NCBI GenBank assembly: GCA_963663965.2
Contig: CAXXFK010000011.1
Coordinates: 32,001-96,000, forward strand
DNA: 64,000 nucleotides
Source: Sedimentisphaerales bacterium
GTDB lineage: Bacteria; Planctomycetota; Phycisphaerae; Sedimentisphaerales; SM23-30
Reading direction: 5' to 3'
This document shows positions 10,717-20,351 of this stretch, piece by piece. The notes under the pieces are model-generated. The model was not told where the DNA came from. It saw only the letters and a program-made list of their open reading frames with translations, and searched no databases. Made by a program: the position numbers and the translations under genes. Every line of letters starts with the position of its first letter. Position 1 is the stretch's first letter.

Positions 10717-12942
10717 TTAAGAGTCACTTACATCATCTATTGGTGTTAGCTTGATGATTCGCGCCTGGATATTGACATCCATAATCCGCACCGTCAACTC
10801 ATGCCCCAGTTTAAATGGGATCTTTTCGGTCATCTTTTCCGGCCGGAACTTTCTGGACCGCCCTTTTCCCTTTTTCTGGCTGGGCACCTTCCCGGCCATG
10901 TATTTATGGATATCCTCCGAGGATATCAAACCCTCGATCAGGTATTTCTCCAGCTGAACAAACATCCCAAACGAGGTGACCGCGGTAATCACCCCTCGAA
11001 TATCCTCGCCGATCGAATTCGTCAGCAGTTGCATGATCTTGAAGTCCCTCAGGTCGTTTTCGGCCTTCTCGGCATTCCGTTCCCGCCCGCTGCAATGCTG
11101 GCCCGATTCTTCCAGCTCCGTATAACTTGGAAAATCCTCCAGCGTATTCTTATTCAGCCGCCCCTCAATCCAGGCATCCAGCAGCCGATGCACCGTCAAA
11201 TCCGGATACCGCCGGATCGGGCTGGTAAAATGGCAGTAATACTGGCTCGCCAGCGCGAAATGCCCGATATGGGCCGGGCTGTACTCCGCCTTCTGCATGC
11301 TCTTGAGGATCGCCAGGTTGATCATAAATGATTCCGGCTTGCCCGCCACCGAATTCAACAGCGCCTGCATCCCCATCCGGTCGATTGTCTTCGGCACCAC
11401 ATAACCGCAGATATTCACCGTACGCGCCATGGTCCCGGTCGCCAGGGCATCCGGCTGTGGGTGAATCCGCCGCAAAAACGCCACCTGCTGACGGTCCAGC
11501 AGTCGCGCCACCGCCTCATTCGCCTCCAGCATAAACATCTCGATCAACGTATGCGAAAAAGTCGTGCTTTCCGGATGCGCGTCAATCACATGTCCCGAAT
11601 CATCGTACACCAGTTCCGCCTTCGGCAGTTCCAGCCGCAACATCCCATCCCGCAACCGCCGCGCCTCGATAATCCGAGCCAGCTTCTCCAACTCGCCCAC
11701 CAGCGCCACCGCCCGCGGATCGAATCCCTCCAGCCCCGTCAACGCCCCTTCCATGATCCGGTCCACCTCTTCATAGGTAAAGCGCTGGCACGAACAGATC
11801 ACACTGTTGGCAAACCGTGTCCGGATCACCTTACCGTGGTCATCCAGCGTCATATAAGCGCTCTTGGCAAACCGCTCCTGATGCGGCTGCAGCGAACAGA
11901 TCCCGTTCGATAACTGCTCCGGCAGCATCGGTATCACATGCTGCGGCAGGTAAACGCTCGTCGCCCGGGCGTAAGCCTCCTCATCCAGCGGCGTCCCTTC
12001 CTGCACAAAATGGGCCACATCCGCGATATGCACCCCCAGTTCCCAATAGCCTTCCGGCGTCCGGTCCATGCTGATCGCGTCATCAAAATCCCGCGCGTCC
12101 ACCGGATCGACCGTCACAATCACCTTGCCCCGGATATCCTCCCGGCGGCCCGCCTCAATTTCCGCCTGCGGATCATGCCGCGCGATCGCCTCGCGGACCT
12201 GATGCAGCACTTTCCGCGGAAATTTCTCGGCCAGCCCATACCGCACGATCACCGACTTCAACTCCGCCGGCATCTGGCCCGCCTTGCCCAGTTTTCTCAC
12301 AATCGCGCCAAACGCGTAACTCTGGCTGGTTGGGTATTGGACAATTTCAACCTCCACCTTATCGCCCGGCCGGGCATTCTTCGCTCCCGGATCATCCACA
12401 TAGATCAAATCCGTGTTATCCCGTCCATCCGGCCGGACAAACCATTCCCGGTCCTGCCGTTCCAGTATCCCGACATAACTGCTCCGTCCCCGCTCGATCA
12501 CCTTATCGACCGCGCCATAATACCGCATCTGCCCCTTCCGGTCCGGCCGCGGCCGCACCCGCGCGCTCACCCGGTCACCCGTCACCGCGTCCAGATTCTG
12601 ACCTCCCGGCACAAACACATCCCCGCCCGCAAACACACCCTCCGGCCGGATAAATCCATACCCATGCCGGCTCGCCTCATACGTTCCGCTGATCCGCTTC
12701 GGCATCGGCGGCAATTCCACCCGCTGGCGGTTATCGACATGAATCCGCCCCTCCTCCTGCAACGCGTTCAACGCCTGATAAAACGCCTCAAAATCCCCTT
12801 CGCCCAAAAACAGGCTCTTCGCCAGATCCCGCTTCTTCACCGGCACATAGTCCGCCTTCGAGATCAAATCCAGAATCGGCTTAAAATACTTCTGATACAT
12901 AATAATTCGTTCCCCTTTCAAGGTTTTTCCCTTTGTAAACAC
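10717..12942 (-). CDS. rnr: Ribonuclease R (start possibly 12900)
   Basis: Cold-shock OB domains, RNB motif VDPVDARDFDDAIS, HFTSPIRRYPDL, C-terminal S1 domain. Confidence 0.93.
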   Translation of the reverse strand: MFTKGKTLKGERIIMYQKYFKPILDLISKADYVPVKKRDLAKSLFLGEGDFEAFYQALNALQEEGRIHVDNRQRVELPPMPKRISGTYEASRHGYGFIRPEGVFAGGDVFVPGGQNLDAVTGDRVSARVRPRPDRKGQMRYYGAVDKVIERGRSSYVGILERQDREWFVRPDGRDNTDLIYVDDPGAKNARPGDKVEVEIVQYPTSQSYAFGAIVRKLGKAGQMPAELKSVIVRYGLAEKFPRKVLHQVREAIARHDPQAEIEAGRREDIRGKVIVTVDPVDARDFDDAISMDRTPEGYWELGVHIADVAHFVQEGTPLDEEAYARATSVYLPQHVIPMLPEQLSNGICSLQPHQERFAKSAYMTLDDHGKVIRTRFANSVICSCQRFTYEEVDRIMEGALTGLEGFDPRAVALVGELEKLARIIEARRLRDGMLRLELPKAELVYDDSGHVIDAHPESTTFSHTLIEMFMLEANEAVARLLDRQQVAFLRRIHPQPDALATGTMARTVNICGYVVPKTIDRMGMQALLNSVAGKPESFMINLAILKSMQKAEYSPAHIGHFALASQYYCHFTSPIRRYPDLTVHRLLDAWIEGRLNKNTLEDFPSYTELEESGQHCSGRERNAEKAENDLRDFKIMQLLTNSIGEDIRGVITAVTSFGMFVQLEKYLIEGLISSEDIHKYMAGKVPSQKKGKGRSRKFRPEKMTEKIPFKLGHELTVRIMDVNIQARIIKLTPIDDVSDS

Positions 12943-13230
12943 ATAAATAACATTAATTTCCCAACTATTATACCCTCCCCCCTACATTAAGCAATCTCCG
13001 TTTTACCTGCTCAATAAATTAGAAATGCAGCCTGATTGAAAATCGGGAGCACTGACACCTATCTTTACATATGCTCACTCGACATACACCACTTCTCATA
13101 ATCTGCATTTAACCTTTATCTATTATACATCTAAAATGCAGATAAACGCAGATGCATATTATAACAATATATTTTACACTTATCCAGTCAGATCCTTATA
13201 CAATACTTAGCGGCCATGCTTTATTAAACT

Positions 13231-13316
13231 ATTTCCTCTTATACCCTTTCTTTATCTGCGTTCATCTGTGTCCATCTGCGGTTCAAAATATGCCTTGATA
13301 TTATTCTGTAGTTTCA
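13231..13316. repeat. Dispersed repeat with 10-bp periodic ATCTGYG motif; second copy at 27771-27870
   Basis: ATCTGCGTTC-ATCTGTGTCC-ATCTGCGGTT-CAAAATATG. Inverted partner GCAGATAAACGCAGAT at 13138-13153. Confidence 0.7.
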
Positions 13317-13354
13317 ACGAATTGACCTGCTCCACGATCAGCGCCAACAGTCTC

Positions 13355-13384
13355 GTAGGATAGGCAAACTTGTTTTGCCCATGC
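13355..13384 (+). repeat. REP-like hairpin starting with GTAG
   Basis: GTAGGATAGGCAAA-CTTGT-TTTGCCCATGC. Confidence 0.6.
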
Positions 13385-13443
13385 TGAGCGAAGCGAAGTC
13401 CCGATCCATCGAGGCTGATCAAAACAACTTACCTCCCACATCT

Positions 13444-13572
13444 TCACTCAGACTTCTCCGGCAAACTTAACGCTTCGGCCTCATCACTAGTCAGTAATTT
13501 GCACCACTGATGCGTCATCACCGTAAAGAAAAAACGACGCCCCATGCCATATCGCCTGCGATAATAGGTCAT
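13444..13572 (-). pseudogene. Truncated REP-associated tyrosine transposase (RAYT / IS200-like TnpA) N-terminus
   Basis: Translates as MTYYRRRYGMGRRFFFTVMTHQWCKLLTS..., resembling the RAYT N-terminal pattern M-x-x-YRR-x-x-x-x-G-x-x-YFFTVVT. Stops after 42 aa and has no HUH motif. Confidence 0.65.
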
Positions 13573-13650
13573 GGCTCAAGCCTCCAAAAACCAATTGCGC
13601 GTTTCTCGCTTATCATTCACATCCATTCCAAAAGTCAAATTAAACCAACA

Positions 13651-13701
13651 GCATAGGCAAATCACAGAGTTGCCTCATCCTATGAATTTTGCCCACGCTA
13701 C
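13651..13701 (-). repeat. REP-like element starting with GTAG, inverted relative to the 13355 copy
   Basis: Minus strand reads GTAGCGTGGGCAAAA...GATTTGCCTATGC, sharing the GGCAAA/TTTGCC stem. Confidence 0.55.
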
Positions 13702-13761
13702 AATACTGGTCCCCTACGCCCAATATTCAAAATCAATTTGAAACAACAAACTGATTTAACG

Positions 13762-16700
13762 TCACAATCCTTTATTTTCCACCCATAACGTCTCAATCTC
13801 ATCATCACTTAATACGCGACGATATATCCGGACATCATCAATACATCCATTGAAGCCATTTAAGCCATCCAGCGTGTTACCGATTGACAAAGGATATTTG
13901 GTGGCGTAACGACTTAGTGAAATTGCAGAAGCATTAGTTTTATATTCGACCTCCACACCATTAACATACATAGAAATTGTGGCGTCACCTAAACAATCAT
14001 ATGTCATTACAACATGATACCAGACACCGATATCCGGCGTGAATTGAGAGATTGCTTTTGCACCATCATGTCCAGTATCTGCCGAAAGAGTTCCATCAAG
14101 CCCTGAAGTCAGATAAAAGCCCCACATTCTACTCTGATTTATTATCATTCCACTGGCTCTAGTTTCCGGCCGGGACATAACTTTCATCCACAATGATATC
14201 GTAAATATCGATAAATCACGGATATCCCCTCCCATTCCACAAGCCACCTCATCATCGTTGCCATCCAGTTTTAATGCCCCACTGCCACATTTGAATTCAC
14301 CCGGCGCCTGACTGATTACAGATCCATACAACAACTCACAATGGTTACTTCCAACCTTGTCCTGACCATCGGTATCGAAAGTCCAGTGAGCCATTAGGTG
14401 TTCTTGATCCAGTTTAAAAATTCCATGATTCCAGTTCCTGCTCATTATCGCAAAATCTCCCAATTCCAGCCGCCCATTCTGATCGATATCGCCAGATGCA
14501 GTATCCCCTTGTCCCCACGTTCGCGTCCACTCAGCCAGGTCGGTTCCGTCAACGCCCCACAACCCGGAGATATCGCCCTCAATAGGTACCTGCCAGTTTA
14601 AGCGCGGATAATCGTAACCAGGACGAATATTCTTCCAGACTGGTCCAAAGTCATTACTCGATTGCCAGCCCAAAGTTCCCTCTTTCATTTGATTACTCGT
14701 CAAATAATGACCGGTATCGATCAAGCGGGTTCGGCCAGATACTTCCCCATCCCAATAATTCTTGTCCGAACCTATCGAACTGAAGCTCCCACTTAATCCT
14801 CCGACTGTAATGCCTCCCCGAATCGTACCCACCGCGTAAGTCTCATCGATTATCCCGGAAGCATTATAGCCGTACAAACCGCCAACACACTCACTCTCAG
14901 GTCCGGCATAAATGGCGCTATGGGTATAAGACTGCTCTATCGAACCACTATTGAATCCACAAATGCCGCCAATATGATCTCCCCAACCTTGAATATCCCC
15001 CGTATCATAACATCCAATCACCAGCCCCTTATTATGCCCGACAATACCGCCCACCAGTGAGCCACCCGATATCCGGGCCCGTTCCAGACCCAGGTTTTTG
15101 ACGATCCCATGTTCACCCAGTATCCCAATCAATCCCACACGATTAATTGACTCCGCCTCGATAACCAGGTTCCGGATCAATTTGCCATTTCCATCCAATA
15201 CCCCCTGAAAATAATCTTCACTGCCTGTTACCGCCCGGTTAAACGAATACCCCGCCAGATCTATATCACTTTCGACAATAAAATAAGTGCCAGCGGTCCA
15301 GTCACATACCCGTTCACTCAAGCAAATGATATCCTCCTTACTGTCAATCTGAAAGGGCTCCTCCGCTGTCCCGTTCCCCCCATAGGTACGCTCCGGATAA
15401 TTCGTCATGATTGGATCCCCGTCTTTGTCTTCCCAGGCCAGCCGGGGATAATCCATCCCCCCATCGATTATCCAGTTTCCATCCTCCCAGCCGTAATACC
15501 AGGCAGCCTGCTTCATTTCCACTGTGGACCGCCCCCGGCCACCTGAACTGCTATCGATTTCAGCGGCTTCCCGATCCCAGTAACACGCCCGGATACGATC
15601 ATTATTCTCCCCACAGAAACCGCCGGAGCCCGATGCTCCCATCACTTCACCCACACTATAACTCTGCTGGATCAACGCCACATTAGAGCCACACAATCCC
15701 CCCCCAATACCGCTGCTCTCTACCCGCCCACTGCTATAACAGTGGCTGATCTGACTGCCTTTTCCATTACCTCCACACAAACCACCCTCCATTGAGTCAT
15801 CCTCTCCATGACAGATCACTGCCCCTGATGCAAAACTCTGGCGAATAATCCCAACCGGACCATTCGATCCGCACAAGCCACCTGTCGTCGATTTTAAACC
15901 CGTTACGACACCGCTCGCGCTACATCGCTCAATCCTGCCCCCGGCATTACTGCCGCACAAGCCTCCCACTTCATAAGACCCCGTCACGCCGGCAGTAGCC
16001 AGACTGTCCGCAATCGTGCCAAAATTCATTCCACACACACCCCCCGTAATGGCCCGGCCTTCAATACTCCCATGACCGCTACATTGAATAATCGTTCCTT
16101 GAGTGAAATTTTTTCCGCACACCCCGCCACACCAGGTATTAGTCGCCCGAACCATACCGGTTACCTCGCAACGCTGGATTACGCCGGCATTCTGACCACA
16201 CAACCCGCCGACACCATAATCTCCCGAAACAGTCACATCCTTCAATACGACATCTTTTACAACGCCACCCTCTCCAATATAGCCAAATAAACCGATGTAT
16301 GCCTTATCCCCTCCCATGATCGTTAAATTTGACAAAGTGTGCCCGTTCCCATCGAATACCCCGGTAAACTTCTCACCATCAAATTCCAGATCATCCCAAC
16401 TATTTAAATCCCAGCCGATGACCGCAGTATCAAATACCTGACCGTTTAAATCCAGATCCGCCGTCAGAATAAAATGGCTATCATACTGGAGCGGATGATT
16501 TCTCAAACTGACCAGGTCATCCACCGAACTGATCTGAAAAGGATTTTCCTCTGTGCCATCCCCACCTGAATAACCCACCCGGTCAGAATTCTGAAACAAG
16601 ACAAAAATCTCGGTTTTCGTTAGTACTCGCCGGTAAAGCCTTACCTCATCGATACACCCGTCAAAAGCATAATGACCAGACCTATCACCACCAATTGTCA

Positions 16701-17322
16701 ACGGAATTGTTGAGCTTGAATATAAATCTCCTTCGGCTCTGTATGTATTTTTATACTCAAGTTCTTTTCCATTAATATATAAATGAATTTTGCGATCATA
16801 TTCATCATCGTAAATCATTACCAGATGGTACCACTCCCCTGGCATCACTGTAAACTTACTGTTTGCAAGAACTCTTGTTTCTGCATAAATCCTGCAAATC
16901 AATATTTCATCTTGTATCCGAATACGATGAATTTCCCAGTAAGGATAAATTGCAATCAATAGATCATCAGAATTTTCTGCAGCCATCTCGCTTGCCATAA
17001 ACCATAGTGACACAGACCGCGTTGTCAAATCCGCCAGATCACTGCCCATATCGCACACTGCCACATCATCCTCTCCATCCAGTTTCAATGCCCCGCCCCC
17101 TAATCTGAAATCCCCTTCTTCATGAGACACCACCGCCCCCGATTCCAGTGAGGCATGATAACCGCCCGCAATATCCGTTCCATCGACATCGAACGGCCAG
17201 TACGCCACCAGTTGATCATCACTGACCAAATCAGCAGACACAATACGTCCCAGGCAAAAACACACCGAAAAAATACCAGATACGACTGCTAACCACTGAC
17301 ATAGACCGGACTTATACATCAA
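13762..17322 (-). CDS. Large secreted protein: LamG - GLUG-repeat region - dockerin-like motif - LamG
   Basis: N-terminal signal peptide. Two related LamG domains (AYWPFD/AHWTFD ... FDGCIDEVRLY/FNGCIDDVRIY). Two modules with a GGxGT..PFQI start and many GGLCGxN repeats. GDIDQNGRLELGDFAIMSRNW motif. Confidence 0.8.
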   Translation of the reverse strand: MMYKSGLCQWLAVVSGIFSVCFCLGRIVSADLVSDDQLVAYWPFDVDGTDIAGGYHASLESGAVVSHEEGDFRLGGGALKLDGEDDVAVCDMGSDLADLTTRSVSLWFMASEMAAENSDDLLIAIYPYWEIHRIRIQDEILICRIYAETRVLANSKFTVMPGEWYHLVMIYDDEYDRKIHLYINGKELEYKNTYRAEGDLYSSSTIPLTIGGDRSGHYAFDGCIDEVRLYRRVLTKTEIFVLFQNSDRVGYSGGDGTEENPFQISSVDDLVSLRNHPLQYDSHFILTADLDLNGQVFDTAVIGWDLNSWDDLEFDGEKFTGVFDGNGHTLSNLTIMGGDKAYIGLFGYIGEGGVVKDVVLKDVTVSGDYGVGGLCGQNAGVIQRCEVTGMVRATNTWCGGVCGKNFTQGTIIQCSGHGSIEGRAITGGVCGMNFGTIADSLATAGVTGSYEVGGLCGSNAGGRIERCSASGVVTGLKSTTGGLCGSNGPVGIIRQSFASGAVICHGEDDSMEGGLCGGNGKGSQISHCYSSGRVESSGIGGGLCGSNVALIQQSYSVGEVMGASGSGGFCGENNDRIRACYWDREAAEIDSSSGGRGRSTVEMKQAAWYYGWEDGNWIIDGGMDYPRLAWEDKDGDPIMTNYPERTYGGNGTAEEPFQIDSKEDIICLSERVCDWTAGTYFIVESDIDLAGYSFNRAVTGSEDYFQGVLDGNGKLIRNLVIEAESINRVGLIGILGEHGIVKNLGLERARISGGSLVGGIVGHNKGLVIGCYDTGDIQGWGDHIGGICGFNSGSIEQSYTHSAIYAGPESECVGGLYGYNASGIIDETYAVGTIRGGITVGGLSGSFSSIGSDKNYWDGEVSGRTRLIDTGHYLTSNQMKEGTLGWQSSNDFGPVWKNIRPGYDYPRLNWQVPIEGDISGLWGVDGTDLAEWTRTWGQGDTASGDIDQNGRLELGDFAIMSRNWNHGIFKLDQEHLMAHWTFDTDGQDKVGSNHCELLYGSVISQAPGEFKCGSGALKLDGNDDEVACGMGGDIRDLSIFTISLWMKVMSRPETRASGMIINQSRMWGFYLTSGLDGTLSADTGHDGAKAISQFTPDIGVWYHVVMTYDCLGDATISMYVNGVEVEYKTNASAISLSRYATKYPLSIGNTLDGLNGFNGCIDDVRIYRRVLSDDEIETLWVENKGL

Positions 17323-17334
17323 ACACCACCTTCA

Positions 17335-17438
17335 TATACCATTAACGAGTAAAAATACCCGCTTGGCCGTGAAACAAATCTTTTTCGAGCAACTACTTAG
17401 CTTACGAGCGATCAGAAATTTTCATACCCATTGGGTAA
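17335..17438. repeat. Copy B of ~105-bp ERIC-like hairpin element
   Basis: TATACC...AAAAATACCCGC...GAGCGATCAGAAATTTTC-ATACCCATTGGGTA. Confidence 0.75.
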
Positions 17439-17634
17439 CACTCTTCTTTCCATATACTCAAAATAATACTTAACGATCCCATCATACTCAACATCACCCC
17501 AAAAGTCAAGGCTTAACTCACCGCTCATCATAGCCTTACAAAACACTTGATAAATTATCCCTTTTTAAAAGATTGAATCATCCCCGATAGCCGGATATGA
17601 TAATACCCGATATCTTAGCGAGCATCGAACCCTT

Positions 17635-18930
17635 ATGAAAAACCCCATGACACGCAGGCGTTTTCTACATCGGGCCGCCTCACTGACAGCCGGAGCGCTG
17701 TCTGTCCCCATAATCATCCCATCTTCGGTACTGGGAAAAAACGATGCCATCTCACCCTCCAATCGCATCACCATCGGCTGTATCGGTGTCGGCAGTCACG
17801 GCGCCGGCGTCAATCTCAAAAGTTTCCTCTCCCAGCCGGATGCGCGGGTGGTCGCCGTCTGCGATGTCGATCGCAACCATCTGGAACAGGCCCGGCAAAT
17901 CGTCAATGCCCAATACGCCCATACCGATTGCTCGAGCTACGCCGATTTTCGCGAAGTCCTGGCCCGCGCCGATGTTGATGCCGTCATGATCTCCACCCCC
18001 GATCACTGGCACACCCCCATCTCCATCATGGCCGCCCGCGCCGGCAAGGATATCATCTGCGAAAAGCCCACCTTATGCATCAGTGAAGGCCGCACCCTGA
18101 TCGATACCATCCGCCGCTACGGCCGCGTCTTTCAGACCTCAACCGAAGATCGTTCACTATTCGTTTATCACCGTATGGCCGAACTGGTCCGCAACGGCCG
18201 CATCGGCCGGCTACACACCATCGAAGTTGAATTACCCCGTCAGCCCGGCCGTCCCGGCAATCCTCAGCCCATGCCCATTCCCAAAGAACTCGACTACGAC
18301 ATGTGGCTGGGCCCGGCCCCCGATGCCCCTTACACCAAAGACCGGATCCACTTCGATTTCCGCTGGATCTGGGATTATTCCGGCGGCATCATCACCGATT
18401 GGGGAACCCACCTGTTCGATACCGCCCAATGGGGCAATGATACCGAATTGAGCGGCCCCGTTGCGATCGAAGGCCGCGCCACCTTCTGGGAAGAAGGCCT
18501 GTTCAATACCCCCAAAGACTATGACATCGAATACCAATATGAAAACGGGGTCCGTATGACCTGCCGGGCCGGCAATCCCAGCATCCGTTTTATCGGCTCC
18601 GAAGGCTGGATCGGTAACCGTGGCTGGATCGGCCCCTTGCAGGCCGAACCGGCCAATATCCTCGATTCGGTCATCGGCCCGGACGAAATCCATCTTTACA
18701 CCTGCCCGGGCGGCGAACACCGCAATTTCCTCGACTGCGTCAAGACCAGAAAAGATCCCTATTTCCCCGTTGAAATCGGACATCGGGTATCCACCGTCTG
18801 CCATCTGGCCAATATCGCCATCCGGCTGGGCCACCCCTTGAAATGGGATCCCCAAAACGAAGTCTTTATCCAGGATGAACAAGCCAACCGCATGCGTGAC
18901 CGCTTCATGCGGAGCCCCTGGACCATATAA
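17635..18930 (+). CDS. TAT-exported Gfo/Idh/MocA family oxidoreductase
   Basis: TRRRFL twin-arginine signal, CIGVGSHG, STPDHWH, CEKP, WLGPAP, DWGTHLFD. Confidence 0.92.
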   Translation: MKNPMTRRRFLHRAASLTAGALSVPIIIPSSVLGKNDAISPSNRITIGCIGVGSHGAGVNLKSFLSQPDARVVAVCDVDRNHLEQARQIVNAQYAHTDCSSYADFREVLARADVDAVMISTPDHWHTPISIMAARAGKDIICEKPTLCISEGRTLIDTIRRYGRVFQTSTEDRSLFVYHRMAELVRNGRIGRLHTIEVELPRQPGRPGNPQPMPIPKELDYDMWLGPAPDAPYTKDRIHFDFRWIWDYSGGIITDWGTHLFDTAQWGNDTELSGPVAIEGRATFWEEGLFNTPKDYDIEYQYENGVRMTCRAGNPSIRFIGSEGWIGNRGWIGPLQAEPANILDSVIGPDEIHLYTCPGGEHRNFLDCVKTRKDPYFPVEIGHRVSTVCHLANIAIRLGHPLKWDPQNEVFIQDEQANRMRDRFMRSPWTI

Positions 18931-18981
18931 GCCTCAGGATTGTCACGAGAAACCGATTGTTTAAGAAATGGAGTATGTAAA

Positions 18982-20322
18982 ATGGCGAATACCAGAAACA
19001 TGAACCGACGTAATTTTATCCAAACCGCGGCCGCCGGAGTGGCCCTGACCCATATCGCCGGCCAGATCGCCACCAGTAAAGGGGCGACCTCCCCCCATAA
19101 AAAAGTCAATATCGCCGGCATCGGAATCGGCGGCATGGGATTTGCCAATCTCCAGAACCTCGAAAGTCAGAATATTGTCGCCCTGTGCGATGTGGATCAC
19201 ACCTATGCCGCCAAAGCCTTTAATCGCTACCCGCAAGCCAGACAATATCAGGACTACCGCCAGATGCTGGAAAAGCAAAAGGATATCGAAGCGGTCCTGA
19301 TCGCTACCCCGGATCATACCCATGCCCAGATCACCATCGATTGCATGAAAGCCGGTAAACATGTCTATTGCCAGAAACCGCTGACCCATACCGTCAAGGA
19401 AGCCCGCGCAGTGGCCCGGGTCGCCCGCGAAACCGGCGTGGTCACCCAGATGGGTATCCAGGGCCACTCTGCCGAAGGCATCCATCTGATTTGCGAGTGG
19501 ATCTGGGATGGGGCCATCGGCAAGATCGAACAGGTGGACGCCTGGTGTTCCCTGGCCTATTACCCGCCCGGCCAGGCCTACTGGTGCACTACCCACTATG
19601 ATATCCCCACCGAAAAACCGCCCGTCCCCGCAGGCCTGGACTGGAACCTCTGGCTGGGCCCGGCCCCGTGGCGCGATTACCACCCCACCTATCATCCCGG
19701 CCGCTGGCGGGCCTGGTACGATTTCGGCTGCGGCATGATGGGCGACCGGGGTGTCCATACCCTCGATTCCGTCTTCATGGCCCTGAAACTCCAACAACCC
19801 GAAGTCATCAGCGCCACCGTCTCCAATTTAAACAACCAGACCCATCCCATCACCTCGATTGTCAACTACCACTTTGCCGCCCGCGAAAATATGCCCCCGG
19901 TCAAACTCACCTGGTACGAAGGCATCGAAGTCCCGCGTCCGGAAGAACTCGAAGATGGCCGCAGGCTCCCGGCCGAGGGCGGTATTATCTTCAAAGGCGA
20001 AAAAGGAGCCATCATGTGCGGCGTTTACGGCGACAACCCCCAGATCATTCCCTTGCAAAAAATGCGGGATTATCAACGCCCTCCCAAAACGCTCCCCCGC
20101 ATCGAGGGCTCTCACGAAATGGAATGGATCAACGCCATTAAAGAAGGCCGCCGGGCCAACGCGGATTTCGCCTATTCCGCCCAATTAACCGAATTCGTCC
20201 TGCTAGGCAACCTTGCCAAACGAACCCAGTCAAAGCTCTACTACGACGCCCAACAATGCAAAATCACCAATAACGACCAGGCCAACGCCCTCCTGGAAAC
20301 AGAATATCGTACCGGCTGGTAA
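18982..20322 (+). CDS. TAT-exported Gfo/Idh/MocA family oxidoreductase
   Basis: NRRNFI signal, GIGIGGMG, ATPDHTH, CQKPL, WLGPAP, GDRGVHTLD. GGAG RBS before the ATG at 18982. Confidence 0.92.
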   Translation: MANTRNMNRRNFIQTAAAGVALTHIAGQIATSKGATSPHKKVNIAGIGIGGMGFANLQNLESQNIVALCDVDHTYAAKAFNRYPQARQYQDYRQMLEKQKDIEAVLIATPDHTHAQITIDCMKAGKHVYCQKPLTHTVKEARAVARVARETGVVTQMGIQGHSAEGIHLICEWIWDGAIGKIEQVDAWCSLAYYPPGQAYWCTTHYDIPTEKPPVPAGLDWNLWLGPAPWRDYHPTYHPGRWRAWYDFGCGMMGDRGVHTLDSVFMALKLQQPEVISATVSNLNNQTHPITSIVNYHFAARENMPPVKLTWYEGIEVPRPEELEDGRRLPAEGGIIFKGEKGAIMCGVYGDNPQIIPLQKMRDYQRPPKTLPRIEGSHEMEWINAIKEGRRANADFAYSAQLTEFVLLGNLAKRTQSKLYYDAQQCKITNNDQANALLETEYRTGW

Positions 20323-20351
20323 AAAACTTCAGTCCCGAAATAAACTTTTCC

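Noticed and set aside
11938..12990. Long antisense ORFs (e.g. 11938-12990, 5625-6536, 23828-24751, 28010-28915, 30809-31876)
   Set aside because: They are shadows of well-supported genes on the opposite strand in GC-rich DNA and show no recognisable motifs.
13762..17322. Diversity-generating retroelement target
   Set aside because: I found no nearby RT and no near-identical TR/VR pair differing at adenines. The two LamG copies are too diverged.
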